NCBI GenBank assembly: GCA_963724885.1
Contig: CAVRWG010000002.1
Span: 114,150-178,149 of the forward strand
Reading direction: 5' to 3'
Source: an uncultured Gemmatimonadaceae bacterium
GTDB taxonomy: Bacteria > Gemmatimonadota > Gemmatimonadetes > Gemmatimonadales > Gemmatimonadaceae
Length of the DNA: 64,000 nt
In this document: positions 17,321 through 27,801 of the stretch, piece after piece
Numbering within the stretch: position 1 is the first letter of the stretch
Layout: each line of letters starts with the position of its first letter
Position numbers and translations under genes: made by a program
Notes under the pieces: generated by a model
Told to the model about the DNA's origin: nothing
Database searches by the model: none
Seen by the model: the letters and a program-made list of their open reading frames with translations, nothing else

Positions 17321-18874
17321 ATGCGCCCGGCCGCTTACGTCGCTCTCACGCTCTGCGCCACGCTCGCGCGGGCTCAAACACCGGCGGCGCCAGTCGCCGA
17401 CACCTCGGTGCTCGCCCGGATTCGCGACGAAGGAATGAATCGTTCACGCGTGTTCGAGACCGCGGTCACCTTGTCCGACATCTTTGGTCCGCGTCTCGCC
17501 GGATCGCCGCACTACCGCGAGGCGGCCGAGTGGGCCGTGAAGGAGCTGACGTCCTACGGGCTCACGGGCGCGGCGCTCGAGCCGTGGGGGACACGCAGCG
17601 GTCGGTCCTGGACCGTGACGCGTCACTCCATCGAGATGACGGCGCCGCGCTATCAGCGCATCGTCGCGTTTCCGCGCGCGTGGAGCCCGCCGACGCCCGG
17701 TGTCGTGCGCGGGCGTCCCATCATCACGGCCATCCGCGGCGATTCCGACATCGCGAAGTATCGCGGCCGCCTCAAGGGAGCGATCATCCTCAACGCTCCC
17801 GCGCAGGTGGACGTGAACCGGTTCCGTCCCATCGCTGAGCGCTTCACGGCCGAGCAGCTCGATTCGCTCGAGCGTCTCACCGTTCCCGGCGAGCCGCGCA
17901 CGTACTGGGAGGATTCCGGCGACTACGCCGAGAACGTCCGGAAGCGACAGCACCTCCAGCAGCTCATGCGCGATGAAGGCGTCGCTGTCCTGCTCCAGCC
18001 CAGTAGCGTCACCAGCGCCGTCGCCGTGTCGAGCTACGCCGCGTACGACAGCGACGTCTCGCGCCTGGTGCCCGCGTTCGTCGTGGATCGCGGCGACTAC
18101 GACAGGCTGGTGCGACTCGTCGAGCGGGGCACGCCGCCGACGCTCGAGATCAACCTGGAGGTGCAGAGCGCGGCGCCGCGCACGCGCGTGGACTCCACCG
18201 GATACAACGTGGTCGCCGAGCTGCGCGGCACCGACCTCGCGGACCAGGTGGTCATGGTCGGCGGCCACTTCGACTCCTGGACCGCGGCGACTGGCGCGAC
18301 GGACAACGCCGCCGGGTCCGCGGTGGCCATGGAAGCGCTGCGTATCCTGCAGGCGGTCGGGGCACCGATGCGCCGCACCATTCGCATCGGCCTCTGGGAT
18401 GGCGAGGAGCACGAGGACTATTTCGGCTCGATGGGCTACGTGCGAAAGCACCTCGGCAACCCCGAGTCGATGCGACTCCTGCCGGATCACGCCAGGGTGT
18501 CGGCGTACTTCAACATCGACAACGGCACGGGGCGCATCCGCGGCCTCTACCTCCAAGGCAACACGCGCGCGCGGGCGACGTTCGCGTCCATCTTCGCGCC
18601 CCTGTCGGACCTCGGCGCGAACACGCTCACCGTGAAGAACGTGGGCAGCACCGACCACATGCCCTTCGTGTCGGTCGGGATCCCCGCCTTCACCTTTATT
18701 CAGGACCCCATCGACTACGAGACGCGCACGCACCACACGGACAAGGACGACGCGTCCTACCTGCTGCCCGACGACCTCCAGCAGGCGGCCGTCGTGGTGG
18801 CGACGGTCCTGTACCAGGTGGCAAATCTGCCCGGGCTGATCCCGCGGATGCAGCTGCCGGGTCCGAGGCGCTGA
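17321..18874 (+). CDS. M28-family aminopeptidase with PA domain (secreted)
   Basis: Signal peptide; HFDSW, DNAAGSAVAMEALR and GLWDGEEHEDYFGS motifs, the M28 zinc ligand pattern. Confidence 0.7.
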   Translation: MRPAAYVALTLCATLARAQTPAAPVADTSVLARIRDEGMNRSRVFETAVTLSDIFGPRLAGSPHYREAAEWAVKELTSYGLTGAALEPWGTRSGRSWTVTRHSIEMTAPRYQRIVAFPRAWSPPTPGVVRGRPIITAIRGDSDIAKYRGRLKGAIILNAPAQVDVNRFRPIAERFTAEQLDSLERLTVPGEPRTYWEDSGDYAENVRKRQHLQQLMRDEGVAVLLQPSSVTSAVAVSSYAAYDSDVSRLVPAFVVDRGDYDRLVRLVERGTPPTLEINLEVQSAAPRTRVDSTGYNVVAELRGTDLADQVVMVGGHFDSWTAATGATDNAAGSAVAMEALRILQAVGAPMRRTIRIGLWDGEEHEDYFGSMGYVRKHLGNPESMRLLPDHARVSAYFNIDNGTGRIRGLYLQGNTRARATFASIFAPLSDLGANTLTVKNVGSTDHMPFVSVGIPAFTFIQDPIDYETRTHHTDKDDASYLLPDDLQQAAVVVATVLYQVANLPGLIPRMQLPGPRR

Positions 18875-18915
18875 CGCGCGCGCCAGACTAGAACCGTTTT
18901 CGAAGCAGCGCTCGC

Positions 18916-19509
18916 CTAGTCCCTATACGGCGAGTCGTCCTCTTCCTCTTCCTCTTCCTCTTCCTCCTTCCGCATACCTTCGGGCGCGAGCGAGCGCGCC
19001 AGGTCGAGCAGTCCCTCGCTCAGGTGCGCGCCGAATCGCAGCAAGTTCGCGGCGCGGCTGCGCAGGCCGAGGAGGAACGCGAGCGGCGCGAGGTCGCGCT
19101 TCTTGATGTTGCAGTCGCGACAAGCCAGCACCAGGTTGTCCCGCCGGTCGTAGGCGGTCTGTCCCCGGCGCGGCGCGACGTGGTCGAGCGTGATGAGCTT
19201 CGCGGAGTAGTGGATGCCGCAGTAGGCGCAGATCGGTCCGTGCAGCCCCAGCAGCCATTCGCGAGTCGCCACGAACGCGTTGCGCGACGTGGGATGCGAC
19301 GTGAGCCCTTCGTCGGCCTTGTACGGCCCACCGCCCGCGCCCCTGCCACGTCCACCTCGACGGCGCCGCGACGTCTTCTTGCCGGTCTTCGCATGCGCGC
19401 GGGCTCCGTGCCCGGCGTGCGCTCCCGCGGCATGCTTGGCGTGCGGCGTTCCGCGCTTCTTCTTCGCGGTCTTGGATGCGGACCGCCCCCTCCCGCCCCG
19501 TCGCGCCAT
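18916..19509 (-). CDS. HNH endonuclease with Lys/Arg/His-rich N-terminus and poly-Glu C-terminal tail
   Basis: CAYCG...LTLDHV...NLVLACRDCN HNH motif. Starts MARRGGRGRS..., ends EEEEEEEEEDDSPYRD. The start overlaps the S9 peptidase stop (TGATG). Confidence 0.65.
   Translation of the reverse strand: MARRGGRGRSASKTAKKKRGTPHAKHAAGAHAGHGARAHAKTGKKTSRRRRGGRGRGAGGGPYKADEGLTSHPTSRNAFVATREWLLGLHGPICAYCGIHYSAKLITLDHVAPRRGQTAYDRRDNLVLACRDCNIKKRDLAPLAFLLGLRSRAANLLRFGAHLSEGLLDLARSLAPEGMRKEEEEEEEEEDDSPYRD
18937..18975 (-). repeat. (GAGGAA)n-type simple repeat encoding the poly-Glu tail
   Basis: The plus strand reads ctcttcctcttcctcttcctcttcctcc. Confidence 0.6.
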
Positions 19510-21605
19510 CAGACGCGACCGGGTTTGAGGAACCGGTTCAGCCAGCGCAGCTCGTTCTGCATGCGATGCACCAGGTTCCACGATCCGGTGATGCCGTGCG
19601 CCATCCCGGCGTACTGGATCATCTTCGTCTCGACGCCGTTCTTCTTGAGCGCCACGAACATCTGCTCGGCCTCCGAATACGGTACGCGCTGGTCCACCTC
19701 GCCGTGCATGAACAACGTCGGCGCCTTGACGCGGTTCGCGTACGTCAGCGGCGACTGCCGGATCATGATCTCGCGGGCCCGCTCATCCCACGGCGTGCCG
19801 AAGAACTCCGTCTCCTTGGTGCGCGCGATGTCCGCCGTGCCGTAGTCGCTCACCCAATTCACGATCCCGGCGCCAGGGATGGCCGCGGCAAACCGGTCGG
19901 GATACTGCGTGATCAGCCAGTTGGTCATGAAGCCGCCGTACGAATGGCCGATCGTCGCCACGCGGCTGCGATCGATGGGGAACCGCGAGATGGCGTAGTC
20001 GATGCCGGCAATCACATCCTCGCCGTCGCGATTGCCCCAGCCGCCCCACGTGCCCCAGAGGAACTTCTCGCCGTAGCCGGTGGAGCTGCGGAAGTTCACT
20101 TCGAGCACGAAATAGCCGTTGGCCGCGAACAGCTGGTTCTTGAAATCAAACGCGTAGCCGTCCGCCGCGTGCGGCCCGCCGTGATTGCTCACCACCAGCG
20201 GGTAGGGCCCGGCAGTCGGACGGTATCCGTGCGGCAGCATCAGCCAGCCTTCGACCTGCGTGCCGTCCTTGCTCCTGAACAGCAGCCGCTCCGCACGGCT
20301 CAGCGCCACGTCCCGCGTGAACTCGTCGTGGACGCCGGTGAGTTTCCGCTCGCCCGAGCCGTCGATGTTGGCGACGTACACCTCGGCCGGTGCCTCGAAG
20401 AGCCCCACCGTGTACGCGACGCGCCTGAACGACGAGTCGACGCTGATGGACGAGACGCGGCGTTCGCCGCGGGTGACCTGTTCCACCGCGCCGCCGGCCA
20501 CGGGGACGCGGAACAAGTGCGTCGTGCCGCCGATGCCGCCCGAGAAGTAGACGTACCTCCCGTCCGGACTCCACTGCGCGTTCGACGGCAGATAGTCCCA
20601 GTCCGCAGTCAGCAGTCGCTCGGCGCCGCCGGCTGCCGGCATGATCGCGAGATCGGTCGGTCCGCCGTGGTCGAGCCGCTTCGTGATCACCGCATCGGTA
20701 GACAGCTGCCTGGTGTAGAAAATCCAGCGCCCGTCCGGCGAGAACGAGGCGTTGGTATAGTGGTAGTCGTTGTCGGACGTCAGCCGCCGCACGTCCCCAT
20801 CACGATGCGCTACGTAGATCTCGCCGCTGCCGTAGCGCCGCTCGTCGCGGTAGCCCGAGTCGGCGGTGAACAGCAGCGTGCGCCCGTCGGGGCTCCACTC
20901 GACGCCGTTCGGACGCAGCCCGAGGCGCGTCACCTGCCGCGCGGTGCTGTCGGCCGTGCCATTCGCCGAAACAAACAGCTCCTGCGCCGGATTGACCCGT
21001 GGGTCGATGCGGTTCGGAACCGGAAACGGCTGGCCGTCGCGCTGGAAGTCGAGCCAGTCGAACTGCACGCCGCGGAACCGCTCCTCGTGACGCCGCTCGA
21101 ACTCGCTCGCGTAGGCGCGGTCCTGCCGCGGAACGATGACGTCGCGCAGCGTCGCGACGGAGCCGCCGTCGCGGCTCGGAATCGCTCGCGCGGTGCGGGC
21201 GCTTTGTGACACGCCCGGCAATTCGGCCGGCGCATCCGGCGCGGCCGGATTCACCGACCAGCGCCGGCCAGCCGCGGTGAAGGTCAGCCTGCCGTCGCGC
21301 CAGACCGGGGCCGTCGCATGCGTGCCCGCGGCGCTCACGCGTTTGTTGGTCGACGCCGCTCCTCCTGCGCTCGCCGCGACCCACACTTCGCTGCTGTCTG
21401 CGTTCGTCTCCTCGATACGACGGCTCACGGTGTACGCCACCCAGCGTCCGTCCGGCGAGATCTGTGGCGCTCCGACAGTTCGCAGACGATAGAAGTCTTC
21501 GATCGCCAGCGCGCGCGCCCCCGGCCCGCCGCCCTGCGCGAGCGCGAGTTGTGGCACGGCGCCGAGCACGAGCGCCAGATGGCGAATGGCTGGTCCACGC
21601 AGCAT
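19509..21605 (-). CDS. S9-family serine peptidase (prolyl oligopeptidase / acylaminoacyl-peptidase type with N-terminal beta-propeller)
   Basis: Signal peptide, repeated W-SPDG propeller motifs, and the catalytic GHSYGG nucleophile elbow with C-terminal Asp/His regions, across 698 aa. Confidence 0.8.
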   Translation of the reverse strand: MLRGPAIRHLALVLGAVPQLALAQGGGPGARALAIEDFYRLRTVGAPQISPDGRWVAYTVSRRIEETNADSSEVWVAASAGGAASTNKRVSAAGTHATAPVWRDGRLTFTAAGRRWSVNPAAPDAPAELPGVSQSARTARAIPSRDGGSVATLRDVIVPRQDRAYASEFERRHEERFRGVQFDWLDFQRDGQPFPVPNRIDPRVNPAQELFVSANGTADSTARQVTRLGLRPNGVEWSPDGRTLLFTADSGYRDERRYGSGEIYVAHRDGDVRRLTSDNDYHYTNASFSPDGRWIFYTRQLSTDAVITKRLDHGGPTDLAIMPAAGGAERLLTADWDYLPSNAQWSPDGRYVYFSGGIGGTTHLFRVPVAGGAVEQVTRGERRVSSISVDSSFRRVAYTVGLFEAPAEVYVANIDGSGERKLTGVHDEFTRDVALSRAERLLFRSKDGTQVEGWLMLPHGYRPTAGPYPLVVSNHGGPHAADGYAFDFKNQLFAANGYFVLEVNFRSSTGYGEKFLWGTWGGWGNRDGEDVIAGIDYAISRFPIDRSRVATIGHSYGGFMTNWLITQYPDRFAAAIPGAGIVNWVSDYGTADIARTKETEFFGTPWDERAREIMIRQSPLTYANRVKAPTLFMHGEVDQRVPYSEAEQMFVALKKNGVETKMIQYAGMAHGITGSWNLVHRMQNELRWLNRFLKPGRV

Positions 21606-21683
21606 GGTTGGGTCTCCGGTGAAGCATTAGCATATCACCCCGTACGGCATCCCTGTAGTGATGACCCGGAGAGGAGCGCGTTG

Positions 21684-23555
21684 ATGAGAGGGTGTCTGAT
21701 TGCACTGATCGTCGTCGCGGGCACCGCGTCGGCGCAGGCGGCTCGACCGGCTATTGAAGTTCACGAGGCCACCATCCCCGTTCTTCAGGCCGCGATGGCC
21801 GAAGGGAAAACGACATCGGCGCAGCTCGTGGACGCGTATCTCGCGCGCATCGCTGCCTACGACCAGCACGGCCCCGAGCTGAACACGATCATCCGACTCA
21901 ATCCGCATGCGCGCGCCGTCGCCGCGGCGCTGGACAGTGAGCGGCGGGCGGGGAAAGTCCGCGGCCCGCTGCATGGCATCCCGATCCTGATCAAGGACAA
22001 TTTCGACACCGGCGATCTCCCGACGAGCGGCGGCCTGCTTGCGCTGGCATCGATGCAACCGGCGGCCGACGCGTTTGTCGTAAAGCGGCTGCGCGACGCC
22101 GGCGCCGTTATCCTGGGCAAGACCAACCTGCACGAGCTCGCGCACGGCATCACGAGCGTCAGCTCGCTGGGCGGCCAGACGCGAAACCCGTACGACCCGG
22201 CCCGCAATCCCGGCGGCTCGAGCGGTGGCACCGGCGCCGCCATTGCGGCGAGCCTGGCCGTCGTGGGCTGGGGCTCCGACACGTGCGGCTCGATCCGCAT
22301 TCCGTGCGCCTTCAATAGTCTCGTCGGCCTCCGGCCGACGCTCGGGCTCGTGAGCCGCACGGGCATCATGCCCCTGTCGCACACGCAGGACACCGGCGGC
22401 CCGCTCGCGCGCACGGTGACCGACCTCGCCATCGCGCTGGACGCGTCGGTCGCTCCGGACACGACCGATCCCGCGACACGCGCCGTGAATGGGCGTACCG
22501 TCAGGGGGTTCGTGGACTCGCTGTCGCCGCGAGCGCTGATCGGCGCCCGCATCGGGCTGTTCAGGCCCCTGTTCGCCGACACCGACGACGAAATCGCGGA
22601 CACCATTCACCTGGCGCTTCGCGCGATGCAGGGCTTGGGTGCCGAGTTGGTCGATGTGCGGCTGGCTGAATTCGACAGCTTGATGGCGGGAACCAGTGTC
22701 ATCCCACTGGAGATGAAGTTCGACCTCAACGACTATCTCGCGCGGCAGGCAGGTGCCCCGGTCGCATCGCTCACTGCGGTGCTCGAGGCCGGGGTGTATC
22801 ACGAGGCTCTCGAGCCACGATATCGGTTGCGTGACACGATGAAGGTGCGCGACAGCGAGCCGTATAGACGCGCGCTCGCAAAACAGGCCGCGCTGCGCGC
22901 GCGGCTCGTGGCGCTCATGGACAGCCTGCATCTCGACGCGCTGGTGTACCCCACCATGCGGCAGCCACCCATGCTCATCGGCGATGCGCAGCCCGGCGGC
23001 ACCTGTCAGCTGGCCGCGAACAGCGGCTTGCCGGCCATCAGCATGCCCGCCGGCCTCACGCCGGCCGGTCTGCCCGTGGGCATCGAGCTTCTCGGTCGCC
23101 CGTTCAGTGACGTCCGCCTCGTTGCGATGGCATACGCCTTCGAGCTGGCGGGCCCGCAGCGTCGCGCGCCGATGACCACGCCTCCGCTGACCGCGGGGCG
23201 CGCGCCGGCGCCGGTCGATTTTGTCACCACCGCGCGAGCCGGCTCGGCGAGCGCGCGGGCACGGTTTACGTACGATCGCACCCGCAGTCGCCTCACGTAC
23301 GACGTCGCGATCGCAGGAGTAGCGCCCGAGCGCATCCACGCTGTCGTCCTGACGCGCGCGGATGCGGCCGGCTCGCGCGTGATTCATCGCCTCACCGGCC
23401 CGGGAACCACCGGCGGACGCGGCGTGCTGTCGCTCACCGCGACCGACAGCAAGGCGGTGATGGACGGCCGCGTCCGGCTCGCCCTGCACACACAAGACCG
23501 GACTTCCAGCGCTGGCGATGCCGCGCTGCGCCTCGCCGGAGGAAACAGGAAATGA
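21684..23555 (+). CDS. Amidase-signature family amidase (secreted) with C-terminal CHRD-like domain
   Basis: Signal peptide MRGCLIALIVVAGTASAQA, and the GGSSGGTGAAIAA amidase signature with a Ser-cisSer-Lys context (KDNFDT). The C-terminal 120 aa are CHRD-like. Confidence 0.75.
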   Translation: MRGCLIALIVVAGTASAQAARPAIEVHEATIPVLQAAMAEGKTTSAQLVDAYLARIAAYDQHGPELNTIIRLNPHARAVAAALDSERRAGKVRGPLHGIPILIKDNFDTGDLPTSGGLLALASMQPAADAFVVKRLRDAGAVILGKTNLHELAHGITSVSSLGGQTRNPYDPARNPGGSSGGTGAAIAASLAVVGWGSDTCGSIRIPCAFNSLVGLRPTLGLVSRTGIMPLSHTQDTGGPLARTVTDLAIALDASVAPDTTDPATRAVNGRTVRGFVDSLSPRALIGARIGLFRPLFADTDDEIADTIHLALRAMQGLGAELVDVRLAEFDSLMAGTSVIPLEMKFDLNDYLARQAGAPVASLTAVLEAGVYHEALEPRYRLRDTMKVRDSEPYRRALAKQAALRARLVALMDSLHLDALVYPTMRQPPMLIGDAQPGGTCQLAANSGLPAISMPAGLTPAGLPVGIELLGRPFSDVRLVAMAYAFELAGPQRRAPMTTPPLTAGRAPAPVDFVTTARAGSASARARFTYDRTRSRLTYDVAIAGVAPERIHAVVLTRADAAGSRVIHRLTGPGTTGGRGVLSLTATDSKAVMDGRVRLALHTQDRTSSAGDAALRLAGGNRK

Positions 23556-26282
23556 GAATACCTCGCGTCGCCGTCGTGCTTCTGTCCATCACGCTCGCCA
23601 CCAGCGTCGCCGCGCAGTCCGCCCGGATCACATCCCCAAGGGAAGAGTTCGGACACAACTTCGGCGACGACTACTTCCTGGCCAACTACAAGCAGATCGC
23701 GGCCTACTGGCAGAAGCTCGATCGTGAGTCCGATCGCATGGTGCTGCAGGAGATCGGCAAGACCGCGGAGGGGCGGCCGCACTACATGGCGATCGTGACG
23801 TCGCCGGAGAATCACCGGCGCCTGGCGCGTTTCAAGGAGATCTCGCGCCGCCTCGCGCTCGCTGAAGGCCTCTCGGAGGCCGAGGCGCGCGCGCTCGCGA
23901 AAGAAGGGAAGGCCGTCGTCTGGATCGACGGAGGGCTGCACGCCACCGAGACGCTCGGCGCGCAGCAGCTCGGCGAGATGGTCTACCAGATGGTGAGCCG
24001 CGACGACGACGAGACGCTGCGCCTGCTGGACGACGTCGTCATGCTGTTCGTGCACGCCAACCCGGACGGCAACGATCTCGTCGCCGACTGGTACATGCGG
24101 CGCGCGGTGCCGGAGCAGCGCAGTCTCACCGGCGTGCCGAGGCTGTACCAGAAGTACATCGGCCACGACAACAACCGCGACTTCTTCGCGTCCACGCAGG
24201 CCGAGACCGAGAACATCAATCGTGTGCTGTACCACGAGTGGTTCCCGCAGATCCTCTACAACCACCACCAGAGCGGGCCTGCCGGCACGGTGTTCTGGTC
24301 GCCGCCGCTGCGTGACCCGTACAACTACAATCTCGACCCGCTGCTCGTGCTGGGCTTCCAGTCGCTGGGGGCGGCCATGCACTCGCGTCTCGCTGTCGAG
24401 GACAAACCCGGCGCCACGATGCGCTCCGGCGGCCCGTACGACGGCTGGTGGAACGGCGGCATTCGCAATACAGCGGCGTTCCACAACACCATCGCCCTGC
24501 TCACGGAAATGGTCGGGAGCCCGACGCCGATGCGCATTCCGCTGGTGATGCAGCGGCAGCTGCCGTCGGCGGATCTCGCGTATCCCATCGCGCCGCAGGA
24601 GTGGCGCTTCCGGCAGTCGGTGGATTACTCCATCTCGCTGAACCGCGCGGTGCTCGACTACGCGTCGCGCATGCGGGAAAACGTCCTGTTCAACATCTAC
24701 ACGATGGGGCGTCGCTCGATCACGCGCGGCAGCACCGACAGCTGGACCGCGAATCCCAAGCGCTACGCGGAGGTCGCGGCGCGGCTCGGCGGCGGCGCCG
24801 CGCAGGCGGGTGGTGGCGGCGGGGGAGGCGCTGCGTCGGACGACGCGCGACGCGCGGCCGAGGCGGGGGCATGGAGCGAGCTTCGCAAGCCCGAGCTGCG
24901 CGACCCGCGCGCGTACGTCATTCCCGCCAACCAGCGCGACTTTCGCCACCGCGACAAAGTTCGTGAACGCGCTGCGCGAGACCGGGATCGCGATTCATCG
25001 GGCAACGCGCGAGTTCGCGGCGCAGGGCAGGACCTATCCAGCCGGCTCGTTCGTCGTGTGGACTGCGCAATCGTTCCGCCCGCACGTTCTGGACATGTTC
25101 GAGCCGCAGGTGCATCCGGACGTCTTTCCGTATCCCGGCTCGCCGCCGACGCCGCCGTACGACAATGCCGGCTGGACGCTGGCGTTCCAGATGGGCGTCG
25201 AGTTCGATCGCATTCTCGATCCCGTCACGATCGCGGGGCTCGAGCCCGTAAGCGTATGGAATCTGCCGATGCCACCGGGCAGCATCGCCGGCACCGGCCC
25301 GGGTGGCTACGTCATGCAGCGACGCGAGAACAACGCGTACATCGCCGCCAACCGCCTGCTGAAGGCGGGGCAGATCGTGCGCGCCATGCCCGGCGGCGCG
25401 CTGTTCGTGCGCGGGTCACCGGCCAATCGCCAGGTGGTCGAGCGCCTCGCCTCGGAACTTGGTGTCAACTTCGAGCGCACGAACACCGTCGTACCGGGCA
25501 ACGCGCCGGGCCTGCGTCCGGCCAGGATCGGTCTCTGGGACCAGTACGGCGGCTCGATGGACGCCGGCTGGGCGCGCTGGATCCTGGAGCAGTTCGAGTT
25601 CCCCTTCCAGCGGGTGTTCGCGCCGGAGCTGGACGCGGGCAATCTCAACGCAAAGTTCGACGTGCTCGTGTTCGTGGGCGGCGGAATTCCCGCACCGTCC
25701 CCGCGTCGCGGCGGCGGAGCCCAGCAACAGCCGATTCCGGACATCCCCGCGGAGTATCAGTCGCACGTCGGCCGCGTGACCGCCGAGCAGACGTTGCCGC
25801 GCCTGAAGGAGTTCATCGAGGCTGGCGGGACGGTGGTCGCGATCGGCGAGTCCGCGCCGCCCCTCGCGGCATTCCTGGGACTGCCCATCGAGAACCATCT
25901 CGTCGAGAACGGCGCTCCGCTGCCGCGCACGAAGTTGTACGTCCCGGGCTCGCTGCTCACCGCGCGCGTGGACACGACGCGTCCGCTGGCCGCCGGCATG
26001 CGACCGACCAGCGATTTCTTCTTCGACGACAGCCCCGTGTTCCGTCTGCATCCGAACTCGGCATCACTCGGCGTCACTCCGATTGCGTGGCTCGACAGCG
26101 CCACGCCGCTACGCAGCGGGTGGGCGTGGGGTCAGCAGTATCTGAAGGACGGGGTGATCGCGGCCGAGGCGAAGATCGGGAAGGGGAGGGCTATTCTCTA
26201 CGCGCCGGAGATCCTCAAGCGCGCGCAGCCACACGGAACATTCAAACTGCTGTTCAACGCGCTCTATCTGGGAGGCTTGTGA
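23552..26282 (+). CDS. M14-family zinc carboxypeptidase, large secreted type; apparent +1 frameshift near 24941 in a T-run
   Basis: The N-terminal frame (23552..) reads HANPDGN and other M14 motifs up to ...YVIPANQRDF. The protein then continues in track ORF 24810..26282 (ATATKFVNALRETG...). The reading frame is lost at gactttcgcc. Confidence 0.65.
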
Positions 26283-26675
26283 CACACCGCTTCGATGTTG
26301 TAGCCGTCCGGATCGAGAACGAACGCACCGTAGTAGTTGGCGTGGTAGTTGGGGCGCAGGGCCGGCGCGCCATTGTCCCGGGCACCGGCGGCCAGCGCGG
26401 CCGCATGGAACGCGTCAACCGAGCTGCGATCGTCGCATTGAAAGGCGACGTGGACTGAAGGGCCACCACAGCCCGACCCCGCCGTCGTCGACGCCCGGAT
26501 GCTGCCTGCCTCACCCTGCTTGATCCAGAAGTCGGGGATGAAACCCTGTCCGGAAACCGGCGCCGGAATCGGCGGTCTCCATGGCAAGCGTGTAGCCCAG
26601 GGGCGCCAACGCCCCAACGTAGAACCGCTTGCTTTGGTCGTAGTCCGCAACGCGGAGGCTGATGTGATCGAGCAC
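26264..26675 (-). CDS. VOC (glyoxalase/bleomycin-resistance fold) family protein; apparent frameshift near 26530
   Basis: The N-terminal half (VLDHISLRVADYDQSKRFYVGALAPLGY) is in one frame, and the C-terminal half (FIPDFWIKQGEAG...YGAFVLDPDGYNIEAV) is in the frame of track ORF 26264..26650. Confidence 0.45.
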
Positions 26676-26679
26676 TATG

Positions 26680-27090
26680 CTAGTCGCTCCCCAACGGATC
26701 CGAGCCAAACCGCAGAACATGCCCGTCCGGATCGCCGACCTTCATCTCGAGCGCCCAGGGAAACTTCTCCGGGGCGCGCAGGATGATCGCGCCTTTCTCC
26801 GTGTATTCCCGATGCAGCACTTCGACGTCCGAGACCCCGATCCAGGCCCATGTTCCAGAGTGACCCTGACCGCCCTCTGACAGGTAGATCGACGCGCCGT
26901 CCCGGCTCACGCACGTGAAGTCGTCACCGCCCCATTCGGCATTGGTGAAGCCGAGCACCCCGACGTAGTAGCGGAGGCTGCGCTGCAGGTCCGTGACGCT
27001 GAGTATCGGGTTCGCGTGCTCGAATGTCGCGCGTGCGATGCTTGCCTGTTCCATACGATCCAGCGGTGGAATGTTGCGTCCAGCATTCAT
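26680..27090 (-). CDS. VOC (glyoxalase fold) family protein
   Basis: ATFEHANPILSVTDLQRSLRYYVGVLGF...DPDGHVLRF across 136 aa, tandem to the preceding VOC gene. Confidence 0.65.
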   Translation of the reverse strand: MNAGRNIPPLDRMEQASIARATFEHANPILSVTDLQRSLRYYVGVLGFTNAEWGGDDFTCVSRDGASIYLSEGGQGHSGTWAWIGVSDVEVLHREYTEKGAIILRAPEKFPWALEMKVGDPDGHVLRFGSDPLGSD

Positions 27091-27333
27091 TAATCAACCC
27101 GACGACGCCGGCCGCAACAACAGGGCCGTCGTGTCGACTCCTCGACGATCAGTCCACGGCGCGTCTGATCGGGTGGGTGGCATCTGCCGCGCCGGCGAGT
27201 AACATCTGCGAAGGGCAAACTTCCCTTGTCATTCCGCGCGCGGCGAAGACCATGCGGTTCGTTGCCCCCCTTGTGGGTCTCCTCTCCGCCACCGCCACCT
27301 GCTGTTCAACGCACTCTACCAGGGAGAGGTGAG

Positions 27334-27801
27334 ATGAGACGCATCGCACTGCTGTTCGCAGCGACGGCGCTGGCCGCCTGCGCCAAGTCGGATCAACCCG
27401 CCGCCGACACCGCGGCTGCGGCACCCACGCCACCGCCAGCGCCGCCGCCGATCACGCTTGCCGACGTCGCCGGGAAATGGAACGTGAAGGGCATGAACGC
27501 CGCGGGCGACAGCACGCTGGTCACCTACGAGTTCAATGCGACGGCGGATACCAACGGTTGGAACCTCACGTTCCCGAACCGCCCGCCGGTTCCGGTTCGC
27601 GTCGTGGCGGTGGCGGGCGACAGCGTCACCATCGAGGCGGGCCCGTACGCGAGCGTGCTGCGTAGAGGCGTACAGGTTCGGACGCAAGGCGCGTTGCGGC
27701 TCGTGGACGGCAAGCTGGTCGGGATGACGACGGCGCGCTACAACGTGAAGACCGCCGATTCCGTCCGAGTCGTGCGCACGGAAGGCACCCGGGCGCCGTA
27801 G
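27334..27801 (+). CDS. Lipoprotein, function unknown
   Basis: Lipobox LAACAKS after MRRIALLFAATA, a Pro/Ala-rich linker, then a small beta-rich domain. Confidence 0.5.
   Translation: MRRIALLFAATALAACAKSDQPAADTAAAAPTPPPAPPPITLADVAGKWNVKGMNAAGDSTLVTYEFNATADTNGWNLTFPNRPPVPVRVVAVAGDSVTIEAGPYASVLRRGVQVRTQGALRLVDGKLVGMTTARYNVKTADSVRVVRTEGTRAP

Noticed and set aside
18937-18975. Short repeat tracts as a possible CRISPR array (same consideration for 61350-61396 and 32290-32353)
   Set aside because: These are simple microsatellite or homopurine repeats without unique spacers.
19476-21209. 577-aa plus-strand ORF opposite the S9 peptidase
   Set aside because: Shadow ORF.
23552-26458. Single 968-aa ORF as the M14 peptidase
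   Set aside because: Its second half (after about 24945) is Arg-rich junk. The true continuation is in another frame (24810..26282), so I called a frameshifted gene instead.
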